DNA of 64,000 bases, taken from positions 9,411-73,410 of the forward strand of contig JBFYWB010000062.1 in assembly GCA_041299015.1 (NCBI GenBank), in the 5' to 3' direction. Source of the DNA: Deltaproteobacteria bacterium. GTDB lineage: Bacteria; Desulfobacterota; Desulfobacteria; Desulfobacterales; SG8-13. The position numbers and the translations under genes are program-made. A model generated the notes under the pieces. The model was not told where the DNA came from. It did no database searches and was given only the letters and a program-made list of their open reading frames with translations. Positions 58,748-64,000 of the stretch are shown piece by piece. Numbering within the stretch: the first letter of the stretch is position 1; each line of letters begins with the position of its first letter.

Positions 58748-60049
58748 CTATATAATTTCAAATCCTCTTTCACCGTGCAGGGCACTGTCGAGTCCTTCGA
58801 TTTCGCTCTCTCTTTCCACTCTCAATCCGCCGGTGATGAATCGGGTAATATAAATGAGCAGGGTTGTCCCGATAGCCGTAAAGATCGCCGTGGCAACTAC
58901 TGAGACGATCTGTATCCAAAGTTGTCCGGGATTTCCATAAAAAAGACCACGTCCGGCCTCATTGACGGCAGGATCGGCAAATAGTCCCGTGGCCAACGCA
59001 CCCCAGATACCACACACGCCATGGACGCCGAACGCATCGAGCGAATCGTCGTAACCGATTCTGTGTTTCAGCATGGCGACACCGACATAGCCCAGCAGGC
59101 CCGCTCCGGCGCCGATGACCAGTGCGGCCGACAGGTTGACGAAGCCCGCCGCCGGTGTTATCGCCACCAGTCCGGCGACGATGCCGGAGGCCAGACCCAG
59201 TACGGTCGGTTTTTTACTCACCGTCCATTCGGCAAACATCCACGCCAAGGCCCCGATCGCCGCCGAGGTATTGGTCACCAGGAAGGCCGAGGCGGCGATA
59301 CCGTCCGCCGCCAATTGACTGCCGGCATTGAAGCCAAACCAACCGAACCACAACAGCGCGGCTCCCAGCGCGGTAAGGGTGATGCTGGAGGGAAACATGG
59401 CCTCCTTACCGTACCCGATCCTTTTGCCGAGCACCAACGCCAGAACCAATCCGGCGACCCCCGCATTGATATGGACCACCGTTCCGCCGGCGAAGTCAAG
59501 GGCGCCCATGCTCCCCATCCAGCCGCCGCCCCAGACCCAATGGGCGATGGGGCAGTAGATCAGCGTAATCCAAAGAACTGTAAAAACGATCCAGGAAGAA
59601 AATTTCATCCGGTCGACGATCGAGCCGAGAACCAAAGCCACGGTGATACAGGCAAAAGTCATCTGAAAAAGCACAAACACATAAGTCGGTATCGTACCCC
59701 GCAGATTGTTGATGTCGATACCCTTCATGAACACATGCGTCAACCCGCCGACGAGGCCGCCATGGTCCGGGCCGAAGGCGATGCTATAGCCCCACAGGAC
59801 CCATATCACGCTTCCCAGGCAATAGGCGACCATCGTCATGGCGATGGTGTTGAGAAGGTTCTTGTAACGGGACATTCCACCGTAGAAAAGCGCCAAGCCG
59901 GCCGGTGTCATCATCATCACCAGGGCGGTCGATATCATCATCCAAGCCGTGTCGCCCGTGTTGAGTGTGTCGGCGGCGCGGGCAAGGGAAAGGGGTGCAA
60001 ACAACATCGGGGCGGTGATCATCCAGGGTTTTAATCTCATTTTTTGCAA
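58748..60049 (-). CDS. amt: ammonium transporter (Amt family)
   Basis: Signal-like N-terminus and 11-12 TM segments. Amt signatures DFAGGTVVHINAG and FGVHGVCGIWG. Confidence 0.96.
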   Translation of the reverse strand: MQKMRLKPWMITAPMLFAPLSLARAADTLNTGDTAWMMISTALVMMMTPAGLALFYGGMSRYKNLLNTIAMTMVAYCLGSVIWVLWGYSIAFGPDHGGLVGGLTHVFMKGIDINNLRGTIPTYVFVLFQMTFACITVALVLGSIVDRMKFSSWIVFTVLWITLIYCPIAHWVWGGGWMGSMGALDFAGGTVVHINAGVAGLVLALVLGKRIGYGKEAMFPSSITLTALGAALLWFGWFGFNAGSQLAADGIAASAFLVTNTSAAIGALAWMFAEWTVSKKPTVLGLASGIVAGLVAITPAAGFVNLSAALVIGAGAGLLGYVGVAMLKHRIGYDDSLDAFGVHGVCGIWGALATGLFADPAVNEAGRGLFYGNPGQLWIQIVSVVATAIFTAIGTTLLIYITRFITGGLRVERESEIEGLDSALHGERGFEII

Positions 60050-60118
60050 GCTCCTCCTTTTTTATTAATGTCAACGGCGCTCAAGGTGTCTGATGCCGAC
60101 GGTTCATGCGTTGACGGT

Positions 60119-62758
60119 TCAACCCGCGTTCTTTTTCATCATCAGTCGTTCTGAGACGCTCGCCTTAATTGCTTCGACCTGCTCCGGCAGATCCACTTTT
60201 TGGCCGTCGAAGTCTCGAACGTAAAAAACATCGACCACCTGGTCGACTTTGGTGGCGATTTTTGCAACCCAGATATCCAGGCGGCAGGCGAAGAGGGCAT
60301 CGGTGATGTTGAATAACAGGCCGGGATAGTCATAGGTGAACACTTCGATGATCGTGAAAAAGCTCGAGCTGTGGTTGTCGACCTCGACGCGGTTGGGTCG
60401 GTTGATGAGCGGAGAATGCCTGCGTCGATAGCCTGAAATTTTCTTATGCAGCGCCACCATCAGATCCAGCTTGCCGGCCAGCGCATTTTCAAGATCCTCT
60501 TCCGTCCGGAGCCAGCGTTCCTCTTCGAACAACTGGTCCGGCGGCGGCTTGACCTCGAAGATGTCGACGGCGATCTTGTTGCGCCAGGTAAAAATCTGGG
60601 CGTCGATAATGTCGATGCTGTTCAACGTGAATACCCCGGCAATTTTAGAGAAAAGGCCCGGCCGGTCCTTGGCGCAAATTTTTACCGTCCGGCTTTTCGA
60701 ATCCGCCGTGCGGGTGACATTCCACATGAACTCGCGATCACCGAGCCGCTGGTAACAGCTGATGTCCTGCAGGATCTGATCGGGGGTCGCATATAGAAGG
60801 TAACGCGGTGAGAGAGCGCTGAAGAGGTTGTCCACCTCCCGGCGTTCGGCATCTGTTTTGAGGGCCACCAGCACCCGCTCTTTTTTGATTTCGGTTCCCC
60901 GAACGACCTCGCGCGTTGCCAGTTCCCCTTTTTCCAAAATGTTGAGCACTTTGAGAAAGAGATCCCGCAGCAAGGTGGCGGTCCATTCGTTCCAGGCATT
61001 GGGGCCAGTGGACATGCAATCGGCGACCGTTAAAAGATAGAGCATTTTCAGGCGTTCGATGTCTTCGATCTCGCGGGCACAGGTGATGGCGGTTTCCTCG
61101 TCGTGGATGTCTCTGCGGGTCGCAGCCTTGACCAGATACAGATGTTTTTGAACTAAGAAGTCAACGGTTTCGGTGTCTTGCGCGGAAAAACCCTTGGCCG
61201 TCACGACCCGGCGGACCATTTCGGCGCCGCTGACCGAGTGATCGTCGCTATCGACCCCCTTGCCGATGTCATGCAGAAGGGCTGCCCAGAGCAACAGTTT
61301 GCGGTGCTTCAGATTCCGGTAGATTTCGCCGTAGAGAGGATTGACGTTGGGGTCACCGCTGTTGCCGAAGTTTTTGATGGTCTGCACGGTTCGCAACAGG
61401 TGTTTGTCAACCGGGTATACGTGGTATTCATCGTACTGAATCCGGTTGACCACGCCGCGGAACTCTGGAATCAACTTCACTAGAAAACCGGTGTTGAGCA
61501 TCTCTCTGAGAACACTGAACACGCGTGAAGGTGAAAGCAGAATGCGTTCGAAGGCCTGAACCGTTTCGGGCGCGTTGATGAACCCGTCATCGGCCAGGTA
61601 GGCGAACTCTTTGACGATTCGGGTGGCTTCCGCGCTCAACGGCAGCTTCAGGCGCAGGCTTTCCTCGAATATATTGATCAATAGCGTCGGAGAATTCAGC
61701 ACGTCCTCAGGGGAGCTGAACCTGAGCGAATCCCGCTCCACCGTCAGACCCTTTACGGCGGTTAACTTGACCGGTTGTTTTCTATAGCGGCCCTTGGTCG
61801 TGTAGCCGAGTTCGTAGAGAAACATCAGATGTTGCTGCTTGATCAATTCCATCTGGCCGTGTAGAACCCCCAGAAAAACTTCAACCGGCTCTTGTCCATT
61901 GGTTTTCGTGAAACCCAAGGCGTCGGCCAGAATGATCTGGTTTTCAAAGTGCAGCTGGTCGTATTTTCGTCCGCACAACAGATGCAGGCGGTTGCGCACG
62001 TTCCAGATGAACGTGAGGGCCCGGGTCAGGTTCTGGTATTCGTCATGCGAGAGTTGGCCGAGGTATTCCAGATCGCGGGGCTGCTTGAGCTGATACTTGA
62101 TGCGCGCCAGCCACAGCATCGTGTGGTAGTCCCGCAGCCCGCCATGGCCTTCTTTGAGGTTCGGCTCCAGGCGATAGGTGGAATCCCCGAAGGTGACGTG
62201 CCTCCGCCGGTTGGTTTCGATCAACCAGTCGATGATTTTAACCGACCGCCGGCCCAGGATTTTCCGGTGAAGTTGTTCCACAAGGTCCGAATAGAGCAGT
62301 GAAACGCCGCAAATGAAACGGGCATCCAGGAGGGGGGTCAGAATTTCGTTATCCTGACGGGCAAGCGCCACACATTCTTTGAGGGAGCGGGTGGCATATC
62401 CGACATCCAAGCCGATGTCCCAGAGAGGGTAGACGATTTCCTGGATCAGGCTTTCGGCGGCGTTCGGAACGTGTTTCTTGAAAAGGAACAACAGGTCCAC
62501 ATCCGAACGCACGCACTGCTCACCGCGGCCGTATCCACCCAGGGCTATGAAGACGTAAGGATTTTTAGCGATTCCCAGTTGGGGACCGATTCGGCTGGTT
62601 TCGAACTTTTCCCTGAAGAATTCGTCCAAGATCCGGGTGTGCTGCTCCATGAAAGCCGGGGCGTCCAGCATGGGCAGCTCTTCCAAAAGGGCGTCCCGTT
62701 TCCGGCGCAGCCGGTTTGCTCCGGTCCCCTGGCTGCTTGTCGCTTTAGAAATCTGCAC
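60119..62758 (-). CDS. glnD: [protein-PII] uridylyltransferase/uridylyl-removing enzyme
   Basis: NT domain (ALGGYGRGEQCVRSDVDLLFLF), HD domain (LLHDIGKG) and two C-terminal ACT-like repeats. GTG start with a GAGGAG RBS. Confidence 0.93.
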   Translation of the reverse strand: MQISKATSSQGTGANRLRRKRDALLEELPMLDAPAFMEQHTRILDEFFREKFETSRIGPQLGIAKNPYVFIALGGYGRGEQCVRSDVDLLFLFKKHVPNAAESLIQEIVYPLWDIGLDVGYATRSLKECVALARQDNEILTPLLDARFICGVSLLYSDLVEQLHRKILGRRSVKIIDWLIETNRRRHVTFGDSTYRLEPNLKEGHGGLRDYHTMLWLARIKYQLKQPRDLEYLGQLSHDEYQNLTRALTFIWNVRNRLHLLCGRKYDQLHFENQIILADALGFTKTNGQEPVEVFLGVLHGQMELIKQQHLMFLYELGYTTKGRYRKQPVKLTAVKGLTVERDSLRFSSPEDVLNSPTLLINIFEESLRLKLPLSAEATRIVKEFAYLADDGFINAPETVQAFERILLSPSRVFSVLREMLNTGFLVKLIPEFRGVVNRIQYDEYHVYPVDKHLLRTVQTIKNFGNSGDPNVNPLYGEIYRNLKHRKLLLWAALLHDIGKGVDSDDHSVSGAEMVRRVVTAKGFSAQDTETVDFLVQKHLYLVKAATRRDIHDEETAITCAREIEDIERLKMLYLLTVADCMSTGPNAWNEWTATLLRDLFLKVLNILEKGELATREVVRGTEIKKERVLVALKTDAERREVDNLFSALSPRYLLYATPDQILQDISCYQRLGDREFMWNVTRTADSKSRTVKICAKDRPGLFSKIAGVFTLNSIDIIDAQIFTWRNKIAVDIFEVKPPPDQLFEEERWLRTEEDLENALAGKLDLMVALHKKISGYRRRHSPLINRPNRVEVDNHSSSFFTIIEVFTYDYPGLLFNITDALFACRLDIWVAKIATKVDQVVDVFYVRDFDGQKVDLPEQVEAIKASVSERLMMKKNAG

Positions 62759-62796
62759 TGCGTCTCCTCATGGATCGAATTCGGATTCTTTGCTGA

Positions 62797-62812
62797 TGCA
62801 ACGGGCATGCCA
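62797..62812 (-). promoter_or_regulatory. sigma-54 (-24/-12) promoter upstream of glnD
   Basis: Minus strand reads TGGCAT-GCCCG-TTGCA, against the consensus TGGCAC-N5-TTGCW. It lies about 40 nt upstream of the glnD GTG. Confidence 0.6.
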
Positions 62813-63186
62813 CGTGCGGCGAGTCCAGAAAATCTTTCGCCATTTTGGAGAGTATTTGCCATCCGTGCATCACGGTATGCTCCTGTGGACATCCGATGGG
62901 GTCTCCATTTGGCGGGATAAATGGCGACAGCACCGAAACACCCATCCTGGGCGGAAGCAAATTAACTGTCGGGCGCCCGCTTACCGGCAGGGTTTTTACA
63001 AATTTGTCCGATAAAGGCTAAAATAATAACAAAAATGTACCATATGATCCGTTGGTAACGATTGGGACACCAGACGATGAGTCTCGCTCATATCAGAAAA
63101 GGGGGGACGGCCGGGCAAGGTGAATTTTCGACGGAATTGTAAAACGCCTCGGGAGCGGCACTTCAAAGCAAGGTCGGATTTGATCC

Positions 63187-64000
63187 TCACCCCGCTGCCG
63201 CTTCAATAAAAAAATTCCATAATTCTTCGACTTTTTGATGCAGCCGGCTGAACGTTTCCAGCGGAACTCGGGCGGGCTTCTCCTGCAGACTGAGCTTGTG
63301 GGCGACAGCCCGATAGATGAGGTAGGCGTGCTTGAGCAGGTGTGCGTCGGCTTCATGAATGACGCCGCTGTCGATCAGCGTGTGAATCAGACGCACGTTG
63401 TCGGTCCACTCCAGCAGTTCCGGGTGGCTGCTGGCATAGCGCAGCACCAGGTACTGAACCAGAAATTCGATATCCACGATGCCGCCGGTGTCCTGTTTGA
63501 TGTCGAAAACGCCGCTCTGCGGCTTGAGCAACTCGCGGCGCATACGCCGCCTCATCTCCAGTACCTCGATGCGCAACTTGTCCGGATCACGCGGGCGGGC
63601 CAGCACCTCTTTGCGGATCTTTTCGAAATGACGGCACAGACGAGGATCCCCGCCCACGGCCCGGGCTCTTATCAGGGCCTGATGTTCCCAGGTCCAGGCC
63701 GCGTTCATCTGGTATTCCCTGAACCCCTCGATCTGACTGACCAGAACGCCGGAACTGCCGCTGGGGCGCAGGCGCATGTCCGTTTCGTACAGGATCCCGG
63801 CACGAGTGTGGGATGTCAGGATGTGGATGACACGTTGTCCGAGGCGCGCATAAAACTGGCGGTTGTCGATAGGATGAGGGCCGCCGACGGTCAGGCCTTC
63901 GGTTCCCGAATGGAGAAACACCAGATCCAGATCGCCGCCGTAACCGAGTTCCAGGCCGCCCAGTTTACCGTAGGCGACAACCGCAAACCCCCCGCCGGTG
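63187..64000 (-). CDS. glnE: glutamine synthetase adenylyltransferase GlnE, C-terminal part (5' end beyond the window)
   Basis: The frame stays open to base 64000. The translation there reads ...AYGKLGGLELGYGGDLDLVFLH (nucleotidyltransferase motif), followed by GlnE-type blocks (LYETDMRLRPSG, GGIVDIEF). Confidence 0.88.
   Translation of the reverse strand, partial: TGGGFAVVAYGKLGGLELGYGGDLDLVFLHSGTEGLTVGGPHPIDNRQFYARLGQRVIHILTSHTRAGILYETDMRLRPSGSSGVLVSQIEGFREYQMNAAWTWEHQALIRARAVGGDPRLCRHFEKIRKEVLARPRDPDKLRIEVLEMRRRMRRELLKPQSGVFDIKQDTGGIVDIEFLVQYLVLRYASSHPELLEWTDNVRLIHTLIDSGVIHEADAHLLKHAYLIYRAVAHKLSLQEKPARVPLETFSRLHQKVEELWNFFIEAAAG

Noticed and set aside
62813-63186. Looked for NifA-type UAS (TGT-N10-ACA) or NtrC-type TGCACC-N5-GGTGCA sites upstream of the sigma-54 promoter
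   Set aside because: No exact match was seen by eye; the closest is TGT-N10-ACC. Only generic palindromes were found, and these are reported as candidates.

Overview
Gene-dense window with about 55 CDS. It looks like ordinary core chromosome of a sigma-54-rich anaerobe of Desulfobacterota/Deltaproteobacteria type; that taxon call is inferred from gene content only. By eye I found no rRNA, tRNA, CRISPR array, transposase, integrase or phage genes.

Gene content, left to right:
- lpxC (3' part), a DUF4390-NtrY-NtrX-like sensory module, rsmD, coaD, a LysR regulator, a YqaA/DedA membrane protein, pcm and 5-formyl-THF cyclo-ligase.
- serS and thrC, then a type IV pilus assembly cluster: pilW, convergent with pilQ-P-O-N-M.
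- A 0.8-kb ORF-free region, followed by a histidine kinase / sigma-54 response regulator pair.
- A minus-strand run: recN, an FmdB zinc-ribbon protein, a Fur-FeoA fusion, a PflX-type radical SAM protein, a metallophosphoesterase, an SH3b protein, a PfkB kinase and a TPR protein.
- rdgB, GTP-PEPCK, ampG and a 578-aa unknown protein.
- A seven-gene minus-strand cluster: CooC-like ATPase, HDAC-type deacetylase, CBS/ACT protein, PrmA-like methyltransferase, MBL hydrolase, sirtuin and a ferredoxin-less ASKHA/DUF4445 protein.
- Acyl-CoA dehydrogenase, phasin, UbiB and ETF-QO, then class I aldolase, lgt and cysS.
- pyrC with an ABC-2 exporter.
- A nitrogen-control block: a GAF/sigma-54 activator convergent with glnE-glnD-amt-glnK-glnA.

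I did not find a clear-cut novel system such as a defence island. The observations most worth a second look are:
1. A single in-frame TAG splitting an otherwise intact GAF-sigma54 activator next to the gln block.
2. A near-consensus sigma-54 promoter in the 428-bp glnE-glnD spacer.
3. The cluster combining two unrelated deacylase families, a PrmA-like methyltransferase, a CBS/ACT sensor and a CXC-motif CooC-like ATPase.
4. The Fur-FeoA fusion.
5. The structured, AT-rich, ORF-free 0.8-kb region beside pilM.
6. A candidate 6S-like structured RNA upstream of the ygfA homolog.

Function calls rest on motif recognition by eye, not on searches. Non-CDS coordinates were counted by hand and may be off by 1-2 nt.
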